A stretch of 40,129 bases of DNA, from NCBI GenBank assembly GCA_038253875.1, contig JBBSGS010000001.1, positions 1 to 40,129 of the forward strand, in the 5' to 3' direction. A program made the translations under genes and the position numbers. This stretch comes from Chthoniobacterales bacterium (lineage in GTDB: Bacteria; Verrucomicrobiota; Verrucomicrobiia; Chthoniobacterales; UBA10450). Position 1 is the stretch's first letter; every line of letters begins with the position of its first letter. Below, one piece after another: positions 1 to 9,529 of the stretch. Under the pieces are notes generated by a model. That model was not told where the DNA came from and searched no databases. It saw only the letters and a list, made by a program, of their open reading frames with translations.

Positions 1-1735
1 CGGGAGTCGAGTGGCGCGTTACCTCACGATGCAGTTGCTGGTCAATGTCGTTTACGGAACGTGCGTCGCGGTCGGGCTCTATTTTATCGGAGTGCCGAAC
101 GCCGCGCTCTGGGGCGTGCTCTCGGCCATCCTGCGTTTCATTCCCTATATCGGCCCATGGATCGGCGCGGCGCTGCCGCTCTTTCTCTCGCTCGCCGTCT
201 CGACTTCGTGGCTCGGGCCGCTCCTCACTCTGGGAATGTTTCTCACACTCGAGTTGATCAACGCCAATGCGGTCGAGCCTTGGCTTTACGGATCGAGCAC
301 CGGCGTGTCCTCGATCGCCCTGATTGTGGCCGCGGTTTTCTGGACCTGGCTCTGGGGACCGCTCGGGTTGGTTCTCTCGACGCCGTTGACCGTATGCCTT
401 GCGGTCATGGGCCGGCATGTGCCGAAGCTTGAATTCTTGAGCGTGCTCCTAAGTGAAGAGCGCGCCCTCACCCCGGACGAGGAATGTTATCATCGCCTTC
501 TCGCGGGCGGATTCGATGACGCGAGCGAGCTGGCGGAAAATTATCTGCAGGAAAATTCGCTCACTGCGCTCTACGACTCGGTTCTTATTCCAGTGGTGAC
601 GGCGGCTGAGACAGACGCGCAACGCGACGCCTTGCAACCCGAGGAACGCACCGCCGTTTTACAAAATGTGCAGGACGTGATCGAAGATTTCGGCACGCGC
701 CCTCTGCCCGAATCGAAAGTGGAAGCGGACATCGCGGTAGCCGAACAGACGCCCGCTCTCGCGCTCGCGCCCACCTGCCGCGTGCTTTGCCTCCCGGCGC
801 GCGCGCTCCGCGATGAGATCGCAGGCGCGATGCTCACCCAACTGCTGCGCCAGCAAGGATTCGAAGCGGAGAATGCGCCGGCCGAGCTCGCGAGCAGCGC
901 GCTGGTCGATCTCGCGGAAAAGACAGCGCCCGAAGCCGTCTGCATTTCGGTCGTGGCGCCTTCCACTTCCATTCAAGCCCGTCATCTCACCGCCAAACTG
1001 CGTGACCGCCTTCCCGGTCTAAAAATCGTTGTCGGTTTCTGGGGCGCGACGGAAAAACTGGCCGATGCCGCGCAACGCTTGCGCGCTTCCGGGGCGAATG
1101 AAGTGGTCACTTCCCTCGCTGAAGCGGTCGTGCAACTCGCGAAATTTGCCCTCCCGCTCGGCGACGAAATGGAAAACGCGCCGATCGGAGAAAACGAAGA
1201 TGCGCGGCTGGCGGAATTGCAAAGCCTGAACTTGCTCGAGCCCGGACCCGACAAAGCATTCGACCGCGTGACTGCGAAACTGGCGAAGATTTTTCAGGTG
1301 CCGATCGCCCTGGTTACTTTTATCGATCGCGACCGGCAGTGGTTTAAATCACAAATAGGATTGCCCGAGGATCTGGCGCGGGAACGCTCAACCCCGCGCT
1401 CCGTTTCGGTCTGCGGTCATGTCGTGGCGAAAAACGAAGTGCTGGTGGTCGAAGACTTGGCGCGTGATCGCCGCTTCGCCAACAATCCGCTTCTGAAATC
1501 GCGCGGTCTGCGATTTTACGCGGGCGTGCCGCTGCGCGGTCCGAGCGGTCTGGCGATCGGCTCGCTCTGCCTTCTCGATACCAAACCGCGCAAGCTGAGC
1601 GAACACGACCGGCGGCTCCTGGAAGTGTTCGCAGACGATCTTTCCGAAGAAATCAAAAGTCGCGTGCCGGAGAAAGACGGCGCTACTGCACCTGGGGCAG
1701 CTTCTGAGTTCGCCCCCACGAGCGTGGCTGGGTGA
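1..1735 (+). CDS. AI-2E family (PerM/UPF0118-type) transporter, C-terminal membrane core fused to a cytoplasmic Rossmann/B12-binding-like module and a C-terminal GAF domain; 5' end runs off the window
   Basis: ORF 11..1735 stays open back to base 1. The membrane part (ALWGVLSAILRFIPYIGPWIGA...EPWLYGSSTGVSSIALIVAAVFWTWLWGPLGLVLSTPLTVCL) is typical of AI-2E permeases. The C-terminus (FDRVTAKLAKIFQVPIALVTFIDRDRQWFKS...RFYAGVPL...IGSLCLLD) is GAF-like. Confidence 0.75.
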   Translation, partial: GSRVARYLTMQLLVNVVYGTCVAVGLYFIGVPNAALWGVLSAILRFIPYIGPWIGAALPLFLSLAVSTSWLGPLLTLGMFLTLELINANAVEPWLYGSSTGVSSIALIVAAVFWTWLWGPLGLVLSTPLTVCLAVMGRHVPKLEFLSVLLSEERALTPDEECYHRLLAGGFDDASELAENYLQENSLTALYDSVLIPVVTAAETDAQRDALQPEERTAVLQNVQDVIEDFGTRPLPESKVEADIAVAEQTPALALAPTCRVLCLPARALRDEIAGAMLTQLLRQQGFEAENAPAELASSALVDLAEKTAPEAVCISVVAPSTSIQARHLTAKLRDRLPGLKIVVGFWGATEKLADAAQRLRASGANEVVTSLAEAVVQLAKFALPLGDEMENAPIGENEDARLAELQSLNLLEPGPDKAFDRVTAKLAKIFQVPIALVTFIDRDRQWFKSQIGLPEDLARERSTPRSVSVCGHVVAKNEVLVVEDLARDRRFANNPLLKSRGLRFYAGVPLRGPSGLAIGSLCLLDTKPRKLSEHDRRLLEVFADDLSEEIKSRVPEKDGATAPGAASEFAPTSVAG

Positions 1736-1947
1736 CGCCGCCTCCGTCGTTAGCGCGTGCCGTGTCTTTGCGACAGCTGGAGGGACGGGCGCTGTCCCGC
1801 CCGAGTTCGGTTGGCCCGCCGCGCAGGCCGACTAAATAGAGACGACACCAAGGTCGCCCCTCTCTATCCAGGGAGGCCGGGTTTTTAACCCGGCAGACGG
1901 CTTGCAAAGCCGTCCTCCGCCTGCACGCACTCAAGTTCATGACACCT

Positions 1948-3027
1948 CTAGGGCGCTTTTGTCGAGGCGGTTTTCTGCAGCAGCTCTTCCAATTGATCCT
2001 TCCAGAGCGCCGCGACCGTGTGGCTGCCGTGACCGCGCGTTTTGTCGCTCAAGGGAAGCACGATCGCGCGGCCGTTAGGCACGCGCTTGATCTCGCGCTC
2101 GAGGATGCCGAGTTCCGGCGGATTGATCAGGTCATCGGCGGAATTGATCGCGAGGAGCGGCGCGCGAATCTTCTCCAAGTCCCGGCCGGGATCGTAATCG
2201 CGCGACGCTTCCACGGCATAGAGGACGTCATTCGCGTCGCCAGTCTTGACGTAATCGTCGACAAATTTGTCCAGCACCGCGTCGGTCCTGGCGAGCGTTT
2301 CCGCCTCTTTCTGACGCAACACGGGATTGCTGCTCATGAACCAGAGCATCTCCGCGGCGGTGCGCAGACTCGGCGGCTGGGTTTTGTAATCGCCGCCATT
2401 CCACGCCGGATCGTTGCGGACCGCGTCGATCAAGAGGCGGCGCCAGGCACGGTTGCGGCCGGAAATCTGCGTTGGCAAACTCGCCAGCGGGAGGAGCGCG
2501 TCCATGAACTCCGGATGCAGTTCACCCCAGAGCCAGGTGTGCATGCCGCCCATCGAGGTGCCCATGACGAGGCGCGCGTGATTGACGCCGAGGCCTTCCG
2601 TTAACAACAGGTACTGCGCCGCGACCATGTCGCGGTAGCCATAGCGCGGGAATTTGGCGTGCAACCCGTCGCTCGGTTTGCTCGATTGGCCGTGGCCGAT
2701 CCCATCCGGCAGGACGATGAAAAACGTCGTCGCGTCGAGCGGCTGGCCTGGTCCGAAAAGTTCGCCGGCGAACTCCGGCCGAATAAACTGCGCGCCGCTC
2801 CCGGTCGTTCCGTGAGTGATGAGGACGGCGTTCTGGGTCACGCCTTTCACGTCCTTGACCGGCTTGCCTAACGAGCGGTAATGCAGGCGCAGCTCGGGAA
2901 GGGTTTCGCCGGAGGTGAATTTGAAATCGCGCGCGATGAAATCGCCCTCGTTAGGCGCGGGGTATTCCGCTGCCGCAAGCGAGCCGGAGAACGCGAGGAA
3001 AAGAAGGAGCGGCCAGATTCGGTTCAT
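1948..3027 (-). CDS. secreted alpha/beta-fold hydrolase (homoserine O-acetyltransferase/MetX-like fold)
   Basis: 359-aa ORF with an N-terminal signal peptide (MNRIWPLLLFLAFSGSLAAA). It has a nucleophile-elbow-like GTSMGG motif and alpha/beta hydrolase-like spacing. Confidence 0.7.
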   Translation of the reverse strand: MNRIWPLLLFLAFSGSLAAAEYPAPNEGDFIARDFKFTSGETLPELRLHYRSLGKPVKDVKGVTQNAVLITHGTTGSGAQFIRPEFAGELFGPGQPLDATTFFIVLPDGIGHGQSSKPSDGLHAKFPRYGYRDMVAAQYLLLTEGLGVNHARLVMGTSMGGMHTWLWGELHPEFMDALLPLASLPTQISGRNRAWRRLLIDAVRNDPAWNGGDYKTQPPSLRTAAEMLWFMSSNPVLRQKEAETLARTDAVLDKFVDDYVKTGDANDVLYAVEASRDYDPGRDLEKIRAPLLAINSADDLINPPELGILEREIKRVPNGRAIVLPLSDKTRGHGSHTVAALWKDQLEELLQKTASTKAP

Positions 3028-3098
3028 CGCGCAACTTCGGACGAGCGCGCTATTTCGCCATAGTTCTCGTAAGAGTGAGCGCTGTCTCCGAGTCTGGG

Positions 3099-3249
3099 GA
3101 GCACGGGCTGGCAGCCCGTTGTTCGGCGCAGGTTGCGCCGAACATCCCCCAGCGTCCTGCTCCGCGCATCGTTCCCCTCCCCGGTTGCGCTACGCGCAAA
3201 ATGCATGGGGCGAGACTCGCCCCCTGCGACGGGCTTGCAGCCCGTGCTC
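3099..3249. repeat. about 150-bp multi-hairpin element in a divergent promoter region
   Basis: The outer arms are GAGCACGGGCTG (3099-3110) and CAGCCCGTGCTC (3238-3249). The inner hairpins are ACGGGCTGGCAGCCCGT, GTTCGGCGCA-ggt-TGCGCCGAAC (3121-3143, perfect 10 bp), TTGCGC-tac-GCGCAA, GGGGCGA-gac-TCGCCCC and ACGGGCTTGCAGCCCGT. Confidence 0.65.
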
Positions 3250-3323
3250 CTCGGAAAAATCGCAACCCCAGTTGCCGCGCGAAATTTGAATCCAAAACCG
3301 ACGCGTCCCGCATCCCACCCTCG

Positions 3324-5864
3324 ATGTTACAGGATTTTCGTTTCGCTCTCCGCCAGCTCGCGAAGTCGCCGGGCTTTACTACCATCGCCATCCTCACTCT
3401 CGCGATCGCGATCGGGGTGAACTCCGCTATTTTTGCGCTCGTCAACAGCGTCATCCTCAAGCCGGTCGTGCCTTTGCGCCCGGCTGAGGTGGTCAATGTT
3501 TTCACCGCCCGGCAAAACGCCTCGCACGATTATCGGCAATTTGCCTACAACGAATTCAGCACCCTGCGCGAGAACACCGAGGTCTTTGCGGAGGTCGCGG
3601 CGATGCAGTTCGCGCTCGCTGGGATCGGGCGCGACGAGAGCATGCGCCGGAGCTTCGTCTTTCTGAGTTCGGAAAATTTCTTCTCGCTCATGGGAGTGAA
3701 ACCGGCGCTCGGCCGTTTTTATGGCGCCGCCGAATGCCAGCCAAACGCCAACATCCCCGTGGTCGTGGCGAGTTACGCGTTCTGGAAACGCCTCGGCGGG
3801 CGGGCCGAACTTATCGGCAAACCACTGACCGTAAACGGCCAGGCCTTCACATTGATCGGGGTGACGCCGGAAGGTTTCTCCGGGGTGAGCGCGTTGCTTG
3901 CGCCGGATCTTTGGCTGCCGCTCGGCGTCTATTCGCAGCTCAGCTCGGCCTTCAGCGATTCGACTCTGATGGACCTGAACGCGCCGAAAAATTACACCCT
4001 CAACTTGGTCGCGCGACTGCATTCCGGCCTAACGATTGAAGCTGCAAAATCGCGGCTGCCCGCGCTCGCGCAACGGCTGACGGCCATCCAACCGTCGGAT
4101 TCCGGCGGCAGCCGCGAGCTGCAAATTCAGAAGCCGGCACGCTTCAGCATTAGCACGTCGCCGGAAGATGATGGTCCGCTCGGCCTCGTCGGCACCTTGC
4201 TCATGGCGATGGCCGCGGCGGTGCTCTTCATCGCCTGCCTCAATCTCGCCAACATGCTGCTGGCGCGGGGAGCCAATCGCGCCAGGGAAATCGCGCTCCG
4301 CCTCGCCTTGGGCGCGAGCCGCTGGCGGATCGTTAGGCAACTGCTCTGCGAAGGTCTGCTCCTCGCGCTCGCCGGCGGTGTGCTCGGGTTGGTCATCAGC
4401 TATTGGAGCAACGACCTCCTCCTGGGATCGTTAGGCGGGCTTTTCAGCTCGATGAATTTTTCCCTCGTCGTCCATCTGCGCCCGGACCTGACCATCCTCG
4501 CGGTAACCTTCGCCGCATGTCTGCTGGCGACCCTTCTCTTCAGCCTCGGGCCGGCGCTGAAGGCGTCGCGGGCCGACCTGGTGAATGACTTGAAACAGCA
4601 GGTCGGCGAGCCGGCGCACGTCGGACGGCTCAATCGCTTCTTCGCCCCGCGTCATTTGCTCGTGATGGCGCAGATCGCACTCTCGCTCATGCTCCTCTTC
4701 AGCGCGGGCTTGTTCCTCCGGGGTGCGATGAAGGCGGGCGGTTTAAATCCGGGATTCGATCGGCGCGGCGGCATCTCGACGGAGATGGACTTCACCTTGG
4801 GCCGGCAGAACGACGCGGCGGCGCAGCGGACCATGTTTGCCGCGCTCCATCGGGTGCGAGAGCTGCCCGGCGTGCGGGCCGCCGCGCTCACGACGATGCT
4901 GCCATACGGCAACATCACGAACTCACGCCGCCTCATGCGCCTGGACGAGGCGGCGGTAGCGAAGACGGATCCGAAGGCGGCGGAGGCGGGCGCCGGTGGA
5001 TTGTTCACCGCGATCACCCCGGGGTGGTTCGATGCAATCGGCGTGCGCATCCTGCGCGGGCGGGATTTCAGCGAGAACGAAGCGGAACACAAGGAGACGC
5101 CCCGGGTCATGATCATCGACGAGTTGATGGCGAAAAAGCTCTTCCCGAAAAGCGACGCGCTCGGGCAGCACGTGCGCTACAGCCAGGCCCCGAGCGACGG
5201 TTCGCCTAACGACTTCCTGATCGTGGGGATCGTGAGCCAACATCGGCACGAGGTCATCGGCGACGAGCGCAGCCGGATTTTTGTGCCGCTCGCGCAATCC
5301 TACAGCGGCGGCGTGACCCTGGAAGCGCGCCTGACGCGGGACGATCGGGCCGCGGTCGCAGCCATGATTCCGACTGTGCGGCAGACCTTGCGCAACATCG
5401 ACGCGACCATGCCGATTCTGCAGATCCAACCTTTCGAAAACCTCGTGGACAAAAACGTCGGCCTTTGGGCGGTTCGCTTCGGCGCGGTCCTCTTCGGAAT
5501 TTTCGGCGTGATCGCGCTCTTGCTCGCGGCGGTCGGCGTCTACGGAGTGAAAGCCTACGCGGTCGCGCGCCGGACGCGGGAGATTGGCATTCGCATGGCG
5601 CTTGGGGCGGATCGCCGCGACGTCTTCGCGCTCATCATGAAACAAGGCGCGCTGCAAACCGCCTTCGCGCTCGGTCTCGGGTTATTGCTCGCGCTCGGAC
5701 TCGGGCGGGTGCTCGCGCAGATGCTCTATCAAGTGAGCCCGACGGATCCGTTGGTCCTCATCCTCTCGAGCGTGATGCTCGGGGGCGCCGCCCTGCTCGC
5801 GTGTTTCCTCCCGGCGCGCCGCGCAATGCGGGTGAGCCCGATGACGGCGCTGCGCGCGGAATAA
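3324..5864 (+). CDS. ADOP-family / MacB-like ABC transporter permease (duplicated FtsX-type permease with periplasmic core domains)
   Basis: The canonical family N-terminus MLQDFRFALRQLAKSPGFTTIAILTLAIAIGVNSAIF starts at ATG 3324. There are two FtsX-like C-terminal modules (REIALRLALGASRWRIVRQLL... and REIGIRMALGADRRDVFALIM...). The 83 codons the ORF track adds upstream (3075-3323) cover hairpin repeats and are not credited. Confidence 0.85.
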   Translation: MLQDFRFALRQLAKSPGFTTIAILTLAIAIGVNSAIFALVNSVILKPVVPLRPAEVVNVFTARQNASHDYRQFAYNEFSTLRENTEVFAEVAAMQFALAGIGRDESMRRSFVFLSSENFFSLMGVKPALGRFYGAAECQPNANIPVVVASYAFWKRLGGRAELIGKPLTVNGQAFTLIGVTPEGFSGVSALLAPDLWLPLGVYSQLSSAFSDSTLMDLNAPKNYTLNLVARLHSGLTIEAAKSRLPALAQRLTAIQPSDSGGSRELQIQKPARFSISTSPEDDGPLGLVGTLLMAMAAAVLFIACLNLANMLLARGANRAREIALRLALGASRWRIVRQLLCEGLLLALAGGVLGLVISYWSNDLLLGSLGGLFSSMNFSLVVHLRPDLTILAVTFAACLLATLLFSLGPALKASRADLVNDLKQQVGEPAHVGRLNRFFAPRHLLVMAQIALSLMLLFSAGLFLRGAMKAGGLNPGFDRRGGISTEMDFTLGRQNDAAAQRTMFAALHRVRELPGVRAAALTTMLPYGNITNSRRLMRLDEAAVAKTDPKAAEAGAGGLFTAITPGWFDAIGVRILRGRDFSENEAEHKETPRVMIIDELMAKKLFPKSDALGQHVRYSQAPSDGSPNDFLIVGIVSQHRHEVIGDERSRIFVPLAQSYSGGVTLEARLTRDDRAAVAAMIPTVRQTLRNIDATMPILQIQPFENLVDKNVGLWAVRFGAVLFGIFGVIALLLAAVGVYGVKAYAVARRTREIGIRMALGADRRDVFALIMKQGALQTAFALGLGLLLALGLGRVLAQMLYQVSPTDPLVLILSSVMLGGAALLACFLPARRAMRVSPMTALRAE

Positions 5865-5915
5865 ACGCGCGCGGTGATTCCTGGAGACGCCCGCGAGAAG
5901 AGGTTGTCAGAGCGG

Positions 5916-5940
5916 ACATGCCGCTCCTATGGAGCTTGGG
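5916..5940 (+). repeat. dispersed copy of the 25-nt unit ACATGCCGCTCCTNTGGAGCTTGGG
   Basis: It matches 11778-11802 at 24 of 25 positions. A third copy lies inverted at 11741-11763. Confidence 0.7.
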
Positions 5941-6057
5941 ACATTTACCATGGCCAGACTTAGACATTTCGCGCCTACGGCGCTGTTAGCCGCGTCCTTC
6001 GTCGCGCTGAACGGCGGCTGCGCACAGCCACGCGCTTGCACGTTTCGATTCCAAGAT

Positions 6058-6885
6058 ATGGAACGACCGCGCGAACGCAGCGTCCCTGGCTGGCTGGGGG
6101 CACTCCTGACCCTGGGCACTTTCGCCGCTCTCGTCTGGCTGGAAAACCGCCGCCCGTTACGCGGGGCGGTGGAATCCAAATTTCGTCGCAACGTGCGCAA
6201 CCTCGCGGTGGCGACACTCGGGGCGCTGAGCGTGCAGCTTGCGGAACAACCCGTCGTGAGGCCGTTGACCCGTCTGGTCGAGCGCCGCCAGCTCGGTCTG
6301 CTCAAACTCGTTAGGCTGCCGGCTTGGCTGGAAATCCCGCTCGCACTCGCGCTCCTCGATTACACGCTTTATCTCTGGCACGTCCTCACTCATCAGGTGC
6401 CGTTTCTCTGGCGTTTTCATCAGGTCCATCACGCCGATCTCGACATGGATGCCTCGACCGCGTTGCGTTTTCATTTCGGCGAACTGATCCTCTCGGTTCC
6501 GTGGCGCGCGGCGCAGATTCTCGGGATCGGAGTGTGCCCGTCTGCGCTTTCGCTCTGGCAAACCGCGCTTCTGCTCGAAATCATGTTTCACCATTCCAAC
6601 GTCGAGCTCTCGCCCGCCTTCGAAGCGCGCCTCGCCAAAGTGATCGTGACCCCGCGTCTCCATGGGATTCATCACTCGATCGTCGAGGATGAGGTGAACT
6701 CGAATTGGTCGAGTGGCCTGACGATTTGGGATTGGCTGCACCGGACCCTGCGGCTCGACGTGCCGCAGAGCGCGATCACCCTCGGGGTGCCGGCCTTTCT
6801 CGATCCGGCGGAAGTGGAGTTGGGCGAAGTGCTGGAGATGCCGTTCGTTAGGCAGCGCGACCCGCAGTTTCTCCCGCCGCGGTAA
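6058..6885 (+). CDS. fatty acid hydroxylase / sterol desaturase family membrane protein
   Basis: His-box motifs are present: HVLTHQ, HQVHHAD and HGIHHS. I prefer the start at ATG 6058 because the ORF-track ATG at 5929 lies inside a dispersed repeat copy (5916-5940). The start remains uncertain (5929, 5950 or 6058). Confidence 0.7.
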   Translation: MERPRERSVPGWLGALLTLGTFAALVWLENRRPLRGAVESKFRRNVRNLAVATLGALSVQLAEQPVVRPLTRLVERRQLGLLKLVRLPAWLEIPLALALLDYTLYLWHVLTHQVPFLWRFHQVHHADLDMDASTALRFHFGELILSVPWRAAQILGIGVCPSALSLWQTALLLEIMFHHSNVELSPAFEARLAKVIVTPRLHGIHHSIVEDEVNSNWSSGLTIWDWLHRTLRLDVPQSAITLGVPAFLDPAEVELGEVLEMPFVRQRDPQFLPPR

Positions 6886-6959
6886 CTCAGGATTCCAGCC
6901 TGGCGCAGCAACCGCCATGCTGGAAGCATGCGGGACCTGTCAGGCTGGAAGCCTGAGTT
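6884..6959. terminator. long hairpin between convergent genes (possible bidirectional terminator), engulfing both stop codons
   Basis: 19-bp arms AACTCAGGATTCCAGCCTG (6884-6902) and CAGGCTGGAAGCCTGAGTT (6941-6959) pair with 1 mismatch. An inner hairpin CATGCT-gga-AGCATG is present. Confidence 0.45.
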
Positions 6960-8226
6960 ACCGCACCGGACCGGTCCCGCGAATGAGGTATTTGTAGGTC
7001 GTCAGCTCTTCCAATCCCATCGGACCGCGGGCGTGCAACTTCTCGGTACTGATCCCAATCTCCGCGCCAAAACCAAATTCGGCGCCATCCGTAAAACGAG
7101 TGGAGGCGTTCCAATAAACCGTCGCGGAATCGATCTCGCGGAGGAAGCGTTCCGCCAGTTCCGGATCGCGGGTGACAATGCAATCGCTATGGTGCGAACC
7201 GCAGCGCTCGATGTGCTCGATGGCCTCGTTAGGCGAATCGACCACTTTCACGGCGAGAATGAAATCGAGATATTCCGTCGACCAATCCGCCTCGCTCGCG
7301 GCGACGAGCAGCCGGTACTCGAGCGACACCAACTGCGAGAAAGACTCTGCGTCCGCGCGCAGTTCGACCTTCTTTTCCTCCAGACGCGGCGCGAGTTTTG
7401 CGAAGAGCGCCGGCGCGATCGCGCGATGCACGAGCACGGCTTCGGCTGCGTTGCAGACGCCGGGCCGCTGGGTTTTTGCGTTCACGATGATCTCGACTGC
7501 CATCTCCAGATCAGCCGCTTGATCGACGTAAATGATGCAAACGCCATCGGCATGTTTGATCACCGGCATGCGCGCGTGGCTGACGACGGCTTCGATGAGC
7601 GCGTGCCCGCCCCGCGGAATGATCAGGTCGATATAACGATCCATCTCCGCCATGTGCCGGACCGCTTCGCGGTCGGTCTGCGGAATGAGCAGGATGCTGT
7701 CGGGCGGCAACCCGGCTTTGGCGCCGCCCCGTTGCAACGCTTCGGCAATGGCGACGTTCGAACGAATCGATTCCGAGCCGCCGCGCAAAATCACCGCGTT
7801 GCCCGTTTTCGTGGAGAGGACGGCGGCGTCGCTGGTAACGTTAGGCCGCGATTCGTAAATGATCCCGATGACGCCGATCGGAACGCGCATTTTGGAAATT
7901 TCGATTCCGTTAGGCTGGGTCCAGGCCCGGAGAACTTCGCCGACAGGATCGGGTAGCGTCGCCACCTGGCGGATGCCCTCGGCCATCTTCGCGAGCCGCT
8001 CTTCGTCCAACGTCAGGCGATCGATCATCGCGCCGGGCAGGGCGTTTGTCTGAGCGTGGGCCAGGTCTTTTTCGTTGGCCGCGAGAATGGCCGCAGCTGA
8101 GGCCACGACCTCATCGGCCATCGCTCGCAAGGCCGCGTTTTTCTGCTCACTTTCGAGTTTCGCCAGAGCGCGGGCGGCCTGGCGGGCGCGCTTGCCGAAG
8201 TCGAGAATTTGCTCGCGCAGATCCAT
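6958..8226 (-). CDS. proA: gamma-glutamyl phosphate reductase
   Basis: 422-aa product from MDLREQILDFGKRARQAARAL... It has ProA-typical blocks (VIGIIYESRPNVT, AVILRGG, NAKTQRPGVCNA, GSHHSD, ASTRFTDG). The ORF-track N-terminal extension to 8583 overlaps proB and is rejected. Confidence 0.9.
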   Translation of the reverse strand: MDLREQILDFGKRARQAARALAKLESEQKNAALRAMADEVVASAAAILAANEKDLAHAQTNALPGAMIDRLTLDEERLAKMAEGIRQVATLPDPVGEVLRAWTQPNGIEISKMRVPIGVIGIIYESRPNVTSDAAVLSTKTGNAVILRGGSESIRSNVAIAEALQRGGAKAGLPPDSILLIPQTDREAVRHMAEMDRYIDLIIPRGGHALIEAVVSHARMPVIKHADGVCIIYVDQAADLEMAVEIIVNAKTQRPGVCNAAEAVLVHRAIAPALFAKLAPRLEEKKVELRADAESFSQLVSLEYRLLVAASEADWSTEYLDFILAVKVVDSPNEAIEHIERCGSHHSDCIVTRDPELAERFLREIDSATVYWNASTRFTDGAEFGFGAEIGISTEKLHARGPMGLEELTTYKYLIRGTGPVR

Positions 8227-8236
8227 GGTCAAGTGC

Positions 8237-9038
8237 CTAACGAGCTTGCGATGCGCGGGAACGTTTCTTCGTGACGAAATGCGTCCCCGCCGCTTCTCCC
8301 GCGACAACCGTGGCGATTCGTCCCGGCTGCCGGCCGTTGATGATCGCCGTGGTAATGCCGGCATCGATCGCCCTCTGCACGGCGTCGAGTTGGAAATCAT
8401 TCCGCCAACCGAGAATCGCCCTTTCTCGGCGTTGACCAGGCCTTTCACCCGCGCGATATCGCGCACCCCGCCTAACGATCTTACCCTGGCCGTCGAGAAG
8501 TCCATCGACCTGGGTGAGAAGGATGAGGAGATCCGCGCCGGCCAGCACCGCGACATCGACGGAAAGGAGATCGTTATCGCCAAACTTCAATTCCACCGCT
8601 ACGGAGTCGTTCTCATTGATGATGGGCACGACGTTGCCGACGGCGAGGAGGCGTTCGAGGGTGCTTTTGGCGTTGGTCCGCCGCATCTGGCTGTCGAGAT
8701 CGCCGTGGGTAAGGAGGAGCTGGGCGACGTTCAATCGGTAGCGCGCAAAAGCGGTTTCGTAGGCGCGCATCAGTTTGGATTGACCGATGGCTGCGCTCGC
8801 CTGGGCGGTTGCGAGGTCGGTCGGGCGTTCCGTCAGGGAGAGCGCCTTCATCCCGGCGGCGACGGCGCCACTGCTCACGGCGACGCATTGATGGCCCGCG
8901 CGCACGAGGGCGGCGACTTCCGCGGCGAGGCGCGCGAATTGTTTCGGATCAAGCCCGGGCGAATTCGTCCGGGTCAAAATGCCGGGAACCAAATTTGAGG
9001 ACGATGCGCTTTTTCTTTCCCACGGTTTTTTTGAGCAC
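8237..9038 (-). pseudogene. proB: glutamate 5-kinase (short form, no PUA domain) whose frame is broken by three single-base homopolymer indels (true pseudogene or assembly errors)
   Basis: The conserved N-terminus KKRIVLKFGS is in one frame. GILTRTNSPGLDPKQF...VAVSSGAVAAGM...VVPIINENDSVA follows in another, after an extra C in the ggttCCCggc run (plus-strand 8984-8986). The conserved VRDIARVKGLVNAEKGRFSVGGMIS block is out of frame between 8466-8469 (extra G/C) and 8390-8391 (missing A/T). The frame then returns for LDAVQRAIDAGITTAIINGRQPG. Confidence 0.7.
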
Positions 9039-9111
9039 GATGAAAATGGCGCGCGGTCGTTAGGCACGATCACTGCCCGACGCGAAAAGCCCGCGGGACC
9101 AAGGGCGGCGG

Positions 9112-9387
9112 CTATTCGACTTCTGGTGTCTGGAGGGAAGCGACCGCGATCCCGAGCGCCGCTTCCGCGAGATAAATGCTGCGGGCGGTTTTCGGATGGT
9201 CCGCCAGCTCTTCGGTCGCGGCGCGCGCCAGCTCCGGTCCAAAATGCCAGAGGAGCGAATGCCAACGCGGCTTGAGCAAGCCCATTACTCCATCGCCAAT
9301 GAGGAAAAGCGCGCTGAGCTGGAGGAAACGTCGCACGATCAAATTGTTCATGAGGAAGTCTATGGCGCGGGCCTTGAGAAGTTTCAA
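9112..9387 (-). CDS. small hypothetical protein (91 aa), upstream of proB on the same strand
   Basis: The ORF has coding-like codon usage and a hydrophobic segment (FLQLSALFLIGDGVMGLL). I recognise no family. Confidence 0.45.
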   Translation of the reverse strand: MKLLKARAIDFLMNNLIVRRFLQLSALFLIGDGVMGLLKPRWHSLLWHFGPELARAATEELADHPKTARSIYLAEAALGIAVASLQTPEVE

Positions 9388-9529
9388 ATGTTAGGTTCGG
9401 CGAGCGCGGCGCGATGCGAGCTCGCTCGATCGAATTGCTGGCGCTTGAAAGCAGAGCAGGCCGCACGGCCTCGGCGCTCGCGTTCGACAGCCGGGCCGCA
9501 CGGTTGCATCATGCACCTGAGTTTACGCT

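Noticed and set aside
1872-1919. There is a tRNA-like compact structure. On the minus strand it reads GGAGG-GACGGC-TTTGCAA-GCCGTC-TG-CCGGG-TTAAAAA-CCCGG-CCTCC. That gives a closing helix, an anticodon-like arm (UGC) and a T-arm-like hairpin.
   Set aside because: It has no D-arm, and the closing helix is only 5 bp. The T-loop lacks the near-invariant TTC. There is no discriminator/CCA context. It lies between convergent genes, so it is more likely a terminator or structured spacer than a tRNA or tRNA remnant.
3075-3323. The ORF track offers N-terminal extensions: 3075-3323 for the ADOP permease, 8227-8583 for proA, 9039-9466 for proB, and 21433-21546 for the secreted protein.
   Set aside because: The canonical family N-termini or signal peptides begin at internal start codons. 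The extensions cover hairpin repeats or neighbouring genes, and their sequences do not look like protein.
6928-7956. There are long antisense or alternative-frame ORFs: 6928..7956, 8075..8998, 9605..10180, 10818..11729, 4923..5657, 3327..4022, 13847..14731, 14962..15630, 30281..31033, 37296..37955 and 37798..38712.
   Set aside because: All lie opposite to, or out of frame with, genes that have clear family signatures. Their products are Arg/Pro/Gly-rich low-complexity translations typical of shadow ORFs in GC-rich DNA.
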